Positions 14,132 through 26,712 of a stretch of DNA of 64,000 nt are shown here, piece after piece; the first letter of the stretch is position 1; the number at the start of each line of letters is the position of its first letter. The DNA is taken from the NCBI GenBank assembly GCA_025201805.1, contig MU619290.1, positions 58,568 through 122,567 on the forward strand, read 5' to 3'. The notes under the pieces are model-generated. The model worked only from the letters and a program-made list of their open reading frames with translations. It ran no database searches and was not told the origin of the DNA. Source of the stretch: Parasitella parasitica NRRL 2501 (Eukaryota; Fungi; Mucoromycota). A program made the position numbers and the translations under genes.

Positions 14132-15121
14132 GATCCGCTATAAAATGTTGTAAAAAAAAAGAGAGGGAGAAGGAAAGGAAAGAAATTGATGCTATGCAAG
14201 ATAAAAAAGAAGAGAGAGAAGAGAGAAAGAAGGAGCAAACAGGGGATTTCACTTTATTCATATATTCCACGTGTGACATAAACTACATTCAGTACAGTTG
14301 ATCTTGTCGGTTTTCAAAAATATTTGTCGGTTTGAGTTACACTTCAGGTACCTGGAGTTAGAATGGCCAATAGGATTATCCGATACTTAACTTACGAAGC
14401 GTACTTTCAAATTATTTCAGATTGCGCTTCGCAGGTTCAAAATACTGAACAAACCCAGCTTTTTGGTTACCAAGTAAATCAAATTCGTGAAATGAAGCAC
14501 GATTTTGCAAGCTAATTAAGGCAAACCTTTTAAATAGAAGCCTCCAAATATCACAGATTTATTTTTAATAGCTACATCCTGCTTTTTTCTTATGCATTTT
14601 CACTCATTTCTCTAATGTTTCAAGATAATAGCCAAAAATTATATAGAAAAAGGGTAAAAAGAGAATCAAGTAGTGGTAACAACGCTATCAAGTTTAACAG
14701 GTTATTTTAAGAATCTATGTAATGAGCTCTACCGCCCTTAAGCAGAAATAATGTTGATGCCGCTGATAACTGTAGTGATTTGCTCTCAAATTAGCACAGA
14801 TGCCATCCGCAAGCAAATGTTTCCGAATTTAAAGCTGAGAATGGCTAACCTTTAATCGGAGAAAACACTGCAAGTTGCATGATTTATATTATATTGTGGA
14901 AGGTCGTTATCAAAAGCGCCTGTTTATAGGTTTTGTAGCTTTCCGAGCTAATCAAGGTCTCACTACGAGCATAATGACCTTGTGTATAAATGCGTATATA
15001 GGATGTATTTATAATAAAATGTATCAGATTTTTGACATATCCTTGGTAAATCTAGTATAAAAAGATAGTTTTTATATGACATTTAAATTAATGAATCCAT
15101 AATAATGCCATGTTGCTCACA

Positions 15122-15269
15122 ATAGATACAACCTATTGTCCTATTTACCCACCATTTAATACCTTATCCTCACATTATATGCCTCAGTAGGAATAGTATA
15201 TAAACCTTCTCAATTGGCCTATCGATAAACAATATCCTTTACCCAATTAATTTTATTTCTGATAAATCA
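15122..15269 (+). repeat. Dispersed repeat copy 1 (possible decayed solo LTR)
   Basis: Colinear blocks shared with 37849-38007: ATAGATACAA, CCTATTT, TTATCCTCACAT, CCTCAGT, AGTATATAAACC, TTTACC, TAAATCA. Confidence 0.6.
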
Positions 15270-16215
15270 TGAATAAAAGTTTATTCATACTAGTAATTTC
15301 ACACTATATGTACGCATACATCAAAAAACAACCTTATGTATTTTCTCGGTCTTTATTTAGAATATGAAGATTAAGCGATTTGGTTAGTGCATTATATCAA
15401 AGATATGTGTGGAAATTATAGGTCAAGAATAAGTAATTACGAGAGTATCAAATCAAGGTTTAGGCTGTCAACGTGCTGGTGTGGCGTCGTGCCTGAGGCC
15501 CAACTTCTCAAGTATTCTTTCAATTACGTAAATGATTCTATCAAGGTACGTATTTTTTACTCAAGGATATTCTCTTTCTGTCTGGTTTAAGCTTAATAAT
15601 CCATTTCATAGTCATGTAAATGATGTCCGCGCTCAAAAGTATAAATAGTCTGGGCAGATGTTGTGTATAGTTCGACTTATTTTCATTGTTTTTTTTTTCG
15701 AATATGCGGTAAATCTATTCAGTTTTGATTGTATTTCTCTACTTTGTATATAAAACACAAGAAGATGATACTTAATCATCTCATAGAATCGAGCATAATA
15801 AAGTATTGCTTGATATGAAAGGTATCTGAATTGTGAGAGATTTTACTTTGACCAAGTGTGCAAGCGCTCATAGACGCTTTCAATATCCAACTTTTACTTT
15901 TTGTGTCTGGGGGAAGTGTGGTTTTAGGCTTAAATCGTACAACTTGGTTTATCGAGACATTAAAAGGTATCATTTCATTGCACATACTGGTGAGTCTCAA
16001 TAATTACGTTCCGTACCATATATGAATAAGATGCCTACCATGCGTAATGCCAAACTGATCCACGGCCTTTCCCATTTCAAAATAAGGTTTTGCCCACTTG
16101 TCCTTCAGTAATTAATAGTTATGAATCCATATGGGTCTACTAAGTGTAATGAGTTGAAAAGGCTGAACTTTATTTTTGGACTACCTATCAATCATACTGA
16201 CTGTATTACAGCTGC

Positions 16216-18771
16216 TTATTTCATTGTGCCAAGTCTGTAACTTCTCCATTTGTGATAGCCAGTACGACTATAGAAGTCGATTAATTCAACCCAGTCTACA
16301 TATGATACATTGACCCCACGCTCTCGCAGCGTTTGATTGGCATAGCAGACTAGTCCATTGCCAATGCCTCTTCCTCTTTCTTCGGTGGCAACACCAACAC
16401 ATGCCATTCCACCGCTATCCGTCGTAAATAAGCTGTCATCTGTCCAGATCAAATCTGAGCGATATTGATGAGATCCCTTAGTAGTATACAAAACTAGACT
16501 TCCTACTATTTTGCCAGCTCTATCTCCTTCTCGTGCCACCACCAAATCTTGGTAATCTCCTAGGTCAGCATGGTGCTGATATGTAGACACCCAATAATCA
16601 AAGTAGCGCTTTTGAAACTCTATCAAATCTGCTATTTCATTAGCTTGAATTGTGCCAAACCAAATGCCTTCCTTCTCCATTCTCGCCGTTACCGCAGCCG
16701 GAACAGTGTACTGTCTGATATCGCCCTGCAGGTCCCACACTTGTTGCGTCAATGTATAACCGCGGCGGGCGAAAAAGCTTTGTACCTGTTGGCCTAATAT
16801 GTCTTCATCAGGGACACCACAAAAGAAGCGAGGATAGCTAGAGCCAAGCATGACGCTGGAAGCACCTTCCTTGCGGAACATGTCTAGACAATGATCGTTG
16901 AGTTTAGTGCCAATACCCTGATTGCGATAATTAGGATGAACGATCAACAGTGCAAGCTGACCTGCTGTGTCAATAGTCTGCGTTGCTGCGAATCCTACTA
17001 ATTCATCTTGATCAAAGACGCAAAAGTGGCGTGCCTTTTGCAAACGAGAGAGAACTAGGGAAAATTTGTCTTTTGAAAGTGGCCAGGTTGCTGCGTAGAC
17101 ATGATTCCAGAGACGAAAGGCCGACTCAACTAGATTGCTTGAGAAGGGAGTTATCTTCCAACGAACTTGTGCAGGCACGGTATTTGTATTTGGTATAGAG
17201 ACAGGAAGATGACTGGATTGATGGATTTCACCAAATATCAAACGAACCACTGCTTCATGGGCAGGGGGAGTGTACTCATAGGTCACCAAGTAGGTGCTGA
17301 TTGTAGGAAAAGCCATCAGATCATATGGATTGATAACTGCAATGACAATCAGCTTTTTAGCATGCAACGAAGCCAATTTAACTAAATCAGCTTGGAAGGG
17401 ATGCAAATTTCCGTTTGCTGTGCCAACAATTACAATGTTAGCAGATTGAATAACGCTTGTCAAGTCTGGAGTGCCTTGTTTAAATATAACGTACTCTGTA
17501 TTGGTATGACGACGGCACAAGGAGGCATACATTGAGTTGAACGGCTCTATTTCCGAGTCAATCGCCAAAGTCAGCGGTACATCAGCAGCCAAGAAAAGTA
17601 TTTTCTCACCCTGAGCAGGCGTAATAGGAAGTAGTTGTTGATGATCGCGAACAACTGAAGGGACCTTGTTGTAAAGACGATCATTCAATTCCATGTGGGC
17701 CATGCATCCCACAACAGCTAAATCTTGCTTTCCCAGTGCCTCATCCCAACTGAGAAAACGGTCTTTGAGGGCTGCTACTCTTTTCAGCGAGGCAGCCAAA
17801 GCATTTTTATCGATCTTGCCTTCCTGGATCGCTTCATCTATACGCTTGAATGCATCTTGTTGATAGCTGAGTGTATGTGAAATCATGCTAATATCATTTC
17901 CTGCTTCCAGTGCCAAAGCTGCACCACGGGCTGATCCAACAGTATCTTTAATAGCATCCATCTCCAAGCAATCTGTAATGATTACACCATGATAGCCGAG
18001 TTTTTGACGAAGTAAGTCAGTCGCAATCTCAGACGAGATGCTTGCTGGACGATTCTCCTCTGCAATGACCTGAGGTAAGGCTATATGACCCACCATGACA
18101 GATACAGGATACGCATCTCCTTGAGCTTTGAGACAATGAGAAAAGGGGATCAGCTCAGTTTGCTGCAATTCGTCCAAACTTTTATCAATCACAGGTAACC
18201 CAAGATGTGAGTCTGTTGCTGTATCACCATGACCAGGGAAATGCTTGATGCTGGTAGCAATGTGGTGTTTCTGGTAAGCTTCTACCTGTGCCAAGCCTAA
18301 CTTCGCTACCAGATGTGGATCCTCGCCAAATGAACGAACTCCAATGACAGGATTCAAAGCATTGTTGTTGACATCCATTACAGGTGCTAAATTCCAGTTA
18401 ATGCCCATCGCAAGCAGCTCCTTTGCGGTAGCTGTCGCGACTTGATATGCTGCACTAGTCGAATCCATAGCACCCAATGCCATGCTTCCCGGCAAATAAG
18501 TTCCACTCAATCCCAAACGACGAACAACTCCATTCTCTTGGTCTACAGCAATAAAAAGAGGACGAACATGGCCGGCTTCTTTGGCAGCTGTTTGCAATGA
18601 ATGTGTTAAGCGCTGAACCTGCTCTGCAGATTCTATGTTGCGCGAAAAGAAAATTATTGAACCTAGATTGTGGTGACGGATAAGGTCCAAAATGCCGTCT
18701 GTAGCTTCCAAACCGTCAAAGCCATACATCAGTAATTGGCCGACATCATGCTGTAAATCAGTTTTTGTCAT
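16216..18771 (-). CDS. GH3 beta-N-acetylglucosaminidase fused to tandem GNAT acetyltransferase domains (intronless)
   Basis: DQENGVV, NPVIGVRSFG, KHFPGHGDTATDSH (NagZ-type Asp-His dyad) and the TDCLEM nucleophile. Two acetyl-CoA motifs: YRNQGIG and ERGRGIG. ATG at 18771. Confidence 0.93.
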   Translation of the reverse strand: MTKTDLQHDVGQLLMYGFDGLEATDGILDLIRHHNLGSIIFFSRNIESAEQVQRLTHSLQTAAKEAGHVRPLFIAVDQENGVVRRLGLSGTYLPGSMALGAMDSTSAAYQVATATAKELLAMGINWNLAPVMDVNNNALNPVIGVRSFGEDPHLVAKLGLAQVEAYQKHHIATSIKHFPGHGDTATDSHLGLPVIDKSLDELQQTELIPFSHCLKAQGDAYPVSVMVGHIALPQVIAEENRPASISSEIATDLLRQKLGYHGVIITDCLEMDAIKDTVGSARGAALALEAGNDISMISHTLSYQQDAFKRIDEAIQEGKIDKNALAASLKRVAALKDRFLSWDEALGKQDLAVVGCMAHMELNDRLYNKVPSVVRDHQQLLPITPAQGEKILFLAADVPLTLAIDSEIEPFNSMYASLCRRHTNTEYVIFKQGTPDLTSVIQSANIVIVGTANGNLHPFQADLVKLASLHAKKLIVIAVINPYDLMAFPTISTYLVTYEYTPPAHEAVVRLIFGEIHQSSHLPVSIPNTNTVPAQVRWKITPFSSNLVESAFRLWNHVYAATWPLSKDKFSLVLSRLQKARHFCVFDQDELVGFAATQTIDTAGQLALLIVHPNYRNQGIGTKLNDHCLDMFRKEGASSVMLGSSYPRFFCGVPDEDILGQQVQSFFARRGYTLTQQVWDLQGDIRQYTVPAAVTARMEKEGIWFGTIQANEIADLIEFQKRYFDYWVSTYQHHADLGDYQDLVVAREGDRAGKIVGSLVLYTTKGSHQYRSDLIWTDDSLFTTDSGGMACVGVATEERGRGIGNGLVCYANQTLRERGVNVSYVDWVELIDFYSRTGYHKWRSYRLGTMK

Positions 18772-19371
18772 ATTGTACGAATAAGCGAACAAAAGAAGAA
18801 AGAAGAAAACGAGATACAGAAAATCAATTTATAAGGGTGCATAATTCTTTTTTTACACACGGTTGATACCCTACAAATAATGTATAAGGACGCTATCTGA
18901 TGACAGCCATCACAACATATGAAGATAATCTCGTCTCGTTTCATTTCGAACGTATATTGCTTGAATAAAATCATTAATGTTGATAATCGAGCAAAAGCGG
19001 TGAGGTCCAAATAAAGCTTGATGCAGTTGGCAAAATGTTATTGATCAGTTGAGCTGCTGCATGAGTTTGAACATTTAAACGACCTAAACACGATTGAAGG
19101 CATCCCGAAATGTCAGATAGAGGCGCCAAACAAAACTGGTAGACTAAAACCAGATCAAAATTCGGCTGTTACGGGTTAAACATCTACTATAAATTCCTCT
19201 GAGGAGATTAGCGCAAGAGATTCCCCTTGATTCGATAAACTGCCATTGTCGTAGACTCCAATTAGAACTGTATTAAATTCCTTTCAGGTCTTTGTGCTAC
19301 TTTGTCTGTAACAAAACAAGTATGTTCAGGGGCCGAGATCTCGAGATACAAAGAGTTTTAGATTCTAGTTA

Positions 19372-19992
19372 TTAAGCCAAATCGTGCTCTCTTGGTCATT
19401 CTCATGTATCCATATACTTTTTAAACAAATTAAAGTGAATAATTTTTCCTCGAAAATTTTGCCATTTTGCCCTTGGTGGTATAGGGCAAAATCCGGAAAA
19501 ATCACAAACTTCCGTTTTTGGACCCCAAAATGCCATATTTTATTAAGGCTTATATCAGAGCAAAATGACCACAGGGATTAGCAGCATAATTAAAAACCAT
19601 TCAAAAAATAGTAACTATCAAAATACATGACTTTTCTACGAAAAACTGGATTTTTTTCAATCGCAAGTGGTTCAAAATTTTATTTGTAAAAATTACTTGA
19701 AAGTAGCACCATTCGATCCGTATCTAAAGCCAAAAATAACTTGAATTAACATGCAAATGTTACTAGCTATACAATTTATGGAGATACATGCTGAAAACTC
19801 TTAAAAAATCTCAAACCATGGTTTTTGGACATGAAAAATCGGTTTGAGCAGAATGTAAATTTAATCACCGCTTCACCAGTTCAATTTGATGCTTTTATAT
19901 GTTAATAGAACACACTGGAGAGATATCTTCTGTCTGATAAAAATGTTGAGCTTTTACCTTGAACAAGTTAATAATAGAAATATTGGCCTTAA
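19372..19992. mobile_element. Possible non-autonomous DNA transposon remnant bounded by TTAA
   Basis: TTAAGCCAAAT (19372) or TTAAGGCTTATAT (19543) pairs loosely with ATATTGGCCTTAA (19980-19992). Internal hairpin ATTTTGCCCT..AGGGCAAAAT. Non-coding; boundaries uncertain. Confidence 0.25.
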
Positions 19993-21073
19993 AAACAAAG
20001 CCTACATGCATGTAAATGAATTAGGATCAATATGATCCTTGTTGGGTTGCACTACAGCCAAAAGGCTTCCAGATTTTAGAGACACAACAATGCGAATTTG
20101 TCGATTACGAAAAAGTCGTTCAAGAGCCTCTTGATAGCATTCTTGGAACTCTATGGTACTTGGATTTCTATCGATAACCATAATATGTGCTGACCATTAG
20201 CGACTTGAGGTCATTCAAATGGATGAGCACATGTTCAAACTTCACTGAATATGCTGATGAGCCAGCTTCAAAACCCAATCTATTTCTGTCGTTCAAGTTG
20301 AGGATTTGCCAATGATGATTGTCGCTCTTGTTGTATTTAATAACTGAGATATTTATTGTTAGCTTCTATTAACAAATGCTGGTTGGCATATAAAAGCTTA
20401 TAAGAAGCGACGAAGATTTTAACTACCCCTCATGCAAAAAACAAAGGGCCTAAATACAAGCATATAATTAATCAAACACATTTGATGTGTTGAAAGCCTC
20501 TTGCTTTTATTATGAATTAAGTAGTTCTCATTAAAAGGACATAACAACACAAAATGTATTCTGGCATATATCTATATGGTTAATGGTGTGATTTCAATGG
20601 CGAATATTGATTTCAATGTTGGCGTTGAATAACTTTTATGCATAACTTTTGGCATTTTATCAAGGAGACCGTTGTGCATGTGGATATGGACACTTTATGA
20701 TGTAAGAATTTGTTTCAAATTTTCTCGGCCACAGATCAGGCACCATTTGGCAGAATAATTTTTTCTGTTATATATGGAGCAGGCGGCAGAAGAAAAAGAC
20801 TATGATTATGTGGTTGTGCCACAGTCAATAAATATACCAAAACAATATATCGTCCAAAACAACATCTTGATAAAAGAAAAGAAAAAGGCATGAATATCGG
20901 ATTATATTTACTATTGAACAAGTTTTTGATCCAATATTTTGGGTAAAACAGCATATGTTTCTCCAACATAACATTTAAAACAAGTCAATTTTCGGGCAAC
21001 CTGATTTAAAAGCAGAAAAGAAAAAAAAAAAAGATTCATCTTTCTGTCTTTTTCCTCTTCCTTATTGATCGCA

Positions 21074-22836
21074 ATGTCTTCTCCAGTAGTGAATGAGGAG
21101 GGACATAGGTCCTATGAAAAGCCTGTCACTACAAAGGATATTGCAAATCTGTATTCTCACCTTCAAACCATGATTGACAATGTCCCTAAATCACCTCGGC
21201 TTGAGACCAAAGCTGACTTGCCCATCACGCCCACGACATCTTCGAGTATGAGTAGAAGCTCACCCCTAAAGCCAGATTGTCCTTGCCACCATATTCTGGT
21301 TTCTATGGATTCTAGACATTGCGCACTTTGTGATGATGTTGTACCAATCCTAGCAGATATTCAGCAAGACAGAGAAAAGCAGCGAAAGGATATAGCTGAA
21401 CTAAAGCAGCAACTCTCTGCTCAAGAAACCAAATCAAGAAGCAATCAAACTGAGCTGCTAGCTCAACAAACCAAATACCAACAGACCAGTGACCAACTGC
21501 TGAAAACCAAGGAGCAATATGCCAATGTGAAGAGAGACTTGGTAGTATTACAACAAAAATACGAAACAGAAAAAAAGGAAGCAGACGAAGCTAAACAAGC
21601 CAAAGCGAATGTGGAAAACGAGCTAGAGGAACTATCTCAGAAGCTGTTTGAGGAGGCAAATGGTATGGTAGCTACAGAAAAGAGAGCCAAGCATCTGCTG
21701 GAAATTCAATACCACCATTTGAAGCAAGAATTGCAGAGTTGCAAGCATCAAATAGAGGCAGAGGAGATGCAGCTCAAAGAGTTGAAATCTAAAATGGGAG
21801 ACATGGAAGAGCAGCATAAATGGGACCATCGACTCAGTACCAATGGCAGCTGCATCTCTACCACTGATGAGGAAGATGATAGTCAAGAAAAGCGAGCTTC
21901 TCGAGACATGGCAGGCTTATTCCACCACCCGCGAGATGTCGTTGACGAAGATACAACAGATCCTATGATCTTGAATGAGTTCAAAGAGTTTGTGGAATCT
22001 GGCGAATCAGTTCCTATTCGTAAAATCCATGGGACGCCTTACATGAAGATCAGTTTGACAGACGACATCGAGCCTTGTCTCCGATTTGGATTCAATTCTC
22101 GGTTATCGGCTAAAAAATTATATGAAGCCATCTTGCTCAATACATGTTTCATAGAAGAATCACCCTATGGATTCGCTCAGGATCAAGCCAAAAGACCGTA
22201 TGATGTCCCTCTTCGAATTTCAGCGGCCAAAACTCTAATTTGGGAGAGATTGAGCACACCAACTGCTACACCGCCATTTGCTGGGTGTCAAGCATGTGGG
22301 AGAAGCAGCAAATCAGATTTACCCTATCGATTTCGCATATCCATGCTGGATGATTGGGCATGTATTGATCGTTATTGTCGAGATAGGCTGGTGTCAGTTT
22401 GTGAATTTTACATGTTTATTCGTAATATAAGGCAAGGATATTACAATGGACGTACAATACCTGATCTTTATCAAGAATCAATCAGGTTGAAGCTGCAAAT
22501 GTTCTATGCGAGGTAAAGTTATTCGAGTGGTTGCGGATAATTGTTGATCACTAAGAGGATGTCATTAGAATGGGCTCCTTGTCTCAAGCGTTGTATAGAG
22601 TGGGCATGAAAGGAGATATCATAGGGCATGCCAGCGCACCTAATATGGTCATTCCGCCACCCATTAAAATAGAGCATGCAAACGGAAATAATCCAGTTGA
22701 TGATATCAGTGCCACCACATCAGACATTTCAGATATTTCAGCCAAAGTATCTGATGACGAGCAGCAAGAGGACAGTTCAGCAAGACGTAGTTCAGTCCAT
22801 CCTGGAAACTCAGTGTGGATTTCTCATTCATTCTAG
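21074..22836 (+). CDS. SEC2: Sec2-like Rab guanine nucleotide exchange factor
   Basis: Coiled coil with ELEELSQKLFEEANGMVA, DDIEPCLRF, and the C-terminal CQAC..CRDRLVSVCEFYMFIRNIRQG motif. One intron near 22513-22569. Confidence 0.85.
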
Positions 22837-23205
22837 CTTGAAACTAATAAAAATACCCAAGTGCAGGACGCACTAAAAAATTGGATATAGTAAAACAAAA
22901 GAAAAAAAGAACATTGCACAAGACGACGACGCAATTGCTCTTTTTAACCTTGTCATCATGAACCGTTTTGGAACCGCATGTTGAAAATTCCCTTTTTTTT
23001 CCTTCTTATTAATTCCGTGTTCTTTCCTTTTTGCTCTTGATCTTCATTAAGTATCACTCGATTTTTCCTTAGATTATCTTGTTACACTCAAGGAACAAAG
23101 AAAAAATAAAAGCAAAAAAAAAAAGGAGGAAAGAAGAAAAGGAAAAAAAAAGGTACGCACTTCAGTTGTCAAATTGAATCAGAATCAGTTCAATTTCTCG
23201 AATCA

Positions 23206-24296
23206 ATGAATCCGCCATCGTCATTAGATAACATTCCACCACCGTTAAAGCTGCTTCGGCCAAGTCAATTAGATATCACGTACACTCTGGGTAAATATAC
23301 GGAATTCAATCATAATTTGGTAAAGGAAACACTAAACAGTTTAATCTGCTAGAAGTTGTACAAAATCCGATTCGAGCAAGGTGCTGTGGATTTGGCGAAA
23401 AGGACCGCAGACCTATTGACCCACCTCCTATCTTGCAGTTGTCATCGAAAGATCATCGTGGCAACCCAATTGATCTAAAGTAAAGTCATAAAACTCGTCT
23501 ACCCGGATTACTAACAGTGCCATTTAGACCCGAAGATTCCATTTTATTCTTGGTGCAATGCGAGCTGTTTAATGCGAGCAAAACTGAAAATAGGACATTA
23601 GTTTATACACCATGGTCATCTAGCTCGTCAAATGATAAGCCAGAATATGTTCGAAATCTAATAGGCTCCAGTGTGTCAAATGCATATCATCTATACAATG
23701 AATTTGATACGCCTGGCACATACTTTATATTCCATGATTTGTCCGTTAGAACTGAAGGTACATTTGTTCTTAAATTTGTGTTTGCAAATCTGGCAGCTGG
23801 GTAATGTGTGCATTCTAAAATGTAACATATTTATATAAATACTTTTTTTTTTTTTTTTTTTTTTTAGTGAGCCACTAACCATGAGCACACGTATACAGCA
23901 AGAAGTCTATTCGACTCCCTTTTCAGTTTACCCTGCGAAAAAGGTAACATTTGTTGAATGTGTGTGTGTATTGTCTATACTGACAAAAATCATCCTAAAC
24001 AGTTTCCTGGATTAACGGGTAAATATTGTGACTAAACAGGTATTCATTCGTTCATGTATACTAATAAGCGCGGCGTAGAGTCAACCACTCTTTCAAAATG
24101 CTTCTCTAAGCAAGGCATCAAAATTCCAATTCGAAGCGAAGTATCCTCTATAAAGCGAATATCGAACAATGCCATTTTCTCACCTCAGACTTCCGAGAAC
24201 CAAAACGAAGATTCAGAAAAGCCGGATGAGGAAACACCTCGATCCAAAAGAAACTTTACACGGCTCCCAATATCCGATTTCCTTTCTCCTGAATAA
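23206..24296 (+). CDS. Velvet-domain transcription factor, 6 exons including a 16-nt exon
   Basis: VVQNPIRARCCGFGEKDRRPIDPPPILQL, RNLIGSSVSNA, YFIFHDLSVRTEGTFVLKF, and YPAKK|FPGLT|ESTTLSKCFSKQGIKIPIR. Confidence 0.9.
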
Positions 24297-24483
24297 ATTA
24301 CGATTATTAAAAATACAACATTTTGCGCATGCCAATACCATATTGTTTACATCAGCAATCCAGTGTTCGATTAGGCCGAATACATAGATGTTGATATCCG
24401 TTTTATTGTTTTTATTATTGTTATCGAAAATGCTTAATATTCTATGTTACAGACTATACATGTATTCTAATTATTTATAGGTT

Positions 24484-26418
24484 TCAACGACGTTTAATGA
24501 CTTTTAATGGGTCTTTGCGTTTCTACAAGAAATATCAGTACAATATATTTTATTTACAAAAGCAGGTTTTACCTTGTTAGAACCCTTCTTAAAATTGCCT
24601 CTCTTGCGTTTTTGGCTTTTAAATGGTACATCAATAGGTTCTGAATTAGCCATTGCGGTGGGTACAGCAATACGGGGCATCAAATAGGACGGAATATGCT
24701 TTAAATGGTCCTGTACTTTGGCAGGCTGAAGAGCATGATCATGGCGCAGAAACTCTAAATCTTTGGGCTTGTCTTCAAAATGTGCCTTTAGCTTTTCCGA
24801 ATTCATGATTTCTCTCTTAATTTCTTTGATACGTGCTTCTTTGACAGCAACTTTGTTTACTGCCTTTAAGGCATCTTCAACACGATATTTAAAGCCGGAA
24901 ACATTCTTCTTTTCAAAGCTATAAGGCTTCAATTCTGCACCCTTCTCTTCTTGTTGTTTTTTGACCCGAAGATATACTACATCATCATAAACACCTTTAC
25001 CACGAGCAACTTCCTTCTTATCCTCGACTAGATCCTTGGTAACAACGAAAGATAAGCTCATGCCGCGTTGGCCACCACGGGCAGTACGGCCAATACGATG
25101 TGTATAAGCTTTAGCCGAAGTAGGAAAGTCAAAGTTGATAACTGCTGCAACACCTTGGAAATCAACACCACGGGAAACACCATACTCTTTATCGCGCTGG
25201 ACTTTTCTACCTTTTTGAGCTGATGGTTTTTGATATGAATAGCCACTCATTTATTATATAGTATCCATTCAACGTTACCTTTTTTAGTATCTTTCTCTTC
25301 TGGGGTTTCAACATCCTCTTGACTTTCTTCGTCTTCGTCATCACTATCCTGTTCTCCTTTCAATTCAGATTCATCAGTAGCAATCAAATAGTCGTAAATC
25401 CCACGATTGAACTCTTCCACAATGTGATACCTAGAGTTCAATGGCAATTCAGAGTTGAGGACGCAAGATTTGATAGAGAATTGCTCCAAAAATAACTTGA
25501 GCTTGTAGCAACGGTCAATGTCATTGACAAATAGCAAGATTTTACCCTTGATCAAACGTAGCTTGATGATCACAAAAGCAAACATAAATTTCTCAAATTC
25601 TGTACATTTGACAACATATTGCGTTAATGAATCAGTTTCCTCTTGTGTGTCTTCTAGTGCTAAAATGGATGGTTTGCGTAAAACGAGAGCTGTCAATTCT
25701 TCAATCTCTTTGGTAAATGTGGCAGACATTAAGAAACTCTGGTATATCTTGGGTAAATAGCTCAAAATTTTGCGTACATCATCTTCATAACCAAATGACA
25801 AGACCAGATCAGCTTCGTCAATGACCAAATTCTCAAGAGACTCCTTCAAATTCATGTTGTTCGCTTCGAGATGGGCAAGTGCCTTACTGGGCGTAGCAAC
25901 CACAATATCTGGTTTTTCGGCAAGCAAAGGTCTAACATCTAATCAGCATCATCGGTTTCTTTCTATGATATATACATCTTTACCTTTGGAGCTGCGCAGA
26001 AATTTGACCTGCCAAATTCACAACTTTCACCAACTGATTTGCGTATACTAAAAGCTTGTTGATGTGGTTAGTCACTTGCTCGGCCAATTCTCTTGTAGGC
26101 ACCAGAACCAATGCTTTGATAGAAGGTTCAATATCCAAAGACTAAGTAAAGAATAGAAAAATCAGCACCATTTTATAAATCCCGGTCGATCTTCTTTTCT
26201 TATACCTCTTTAGCAGCTAGAATCTTTTGTACGATAGGCATAGCATAAGCAGCTGTCTTGCCACTTCCTGTACGAGCACGAGCGAGGATGTCTCTGCCTG
26301 CAAGCGCAAGAGGGATACCTTGCGCTTGAATAGGAGTTGGACGAGTGAAATTTAACTGAGCAACAGCTCTAGCTAAACGAGGGTCAAAGTCAAATGCTGC
26401 AAATGTTTGATCCGCCAT
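24484..26418 (-). CDS. DBP9: DEAD-box RNA helicase for 60S biogenesis (DDX56)
   Basis: [46 protein letters not shown] and a terminal KRKDPL exon. Confidence 0.95.
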
Positions 26419-26494
26419 ACTTGTAGATTTATAAGAAGAGATGTCAAAGGAAAATTTTGGTTATAGATTTTTTTTGTGTCCATTTTGAAATGCA

Positions 26495-26517
26495 AAAAGG
26501 TCACATCAAAAGGTCAC
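26495..26517. promoter_or_regulatory. Tandem AAAAGGTCAC direct repeat upstream of DBP9
   Basis: Two exact 10-mers at 26495 and 26508, ~80 bp upstream of the ATG. An RRPE-like AAAATTTT lies near 26451. Confidence 0.3.
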
Positions 26518-26712
26518 GAATGGTAGGTACCTTCATCGTTGATCATTATGCATTTTGAATGAGGCAGTTGCTACGTTACAAGATTCATTGCTGGAGCAAA
26601 GAACAATCATTCAAAATCCAACTTTTTTTTCTTTTTTTTTTATTCTTGTTTTATTTATGAAATGTGAGGGTTTTTTTTCTTTAAAAGTAATATATATACA
26701 TGATATATAAAT

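Noticed and set aside
14400-14520. Possible distant copy of the window-start repeat (GGTTACCAAG, AGCTAATT)
   Set aside because: Only two short words match, which is compatible with chance.
20040-20340. Coding-like decayed sequence
   Set aside because: Multiple stops and no family recognisable by eye.
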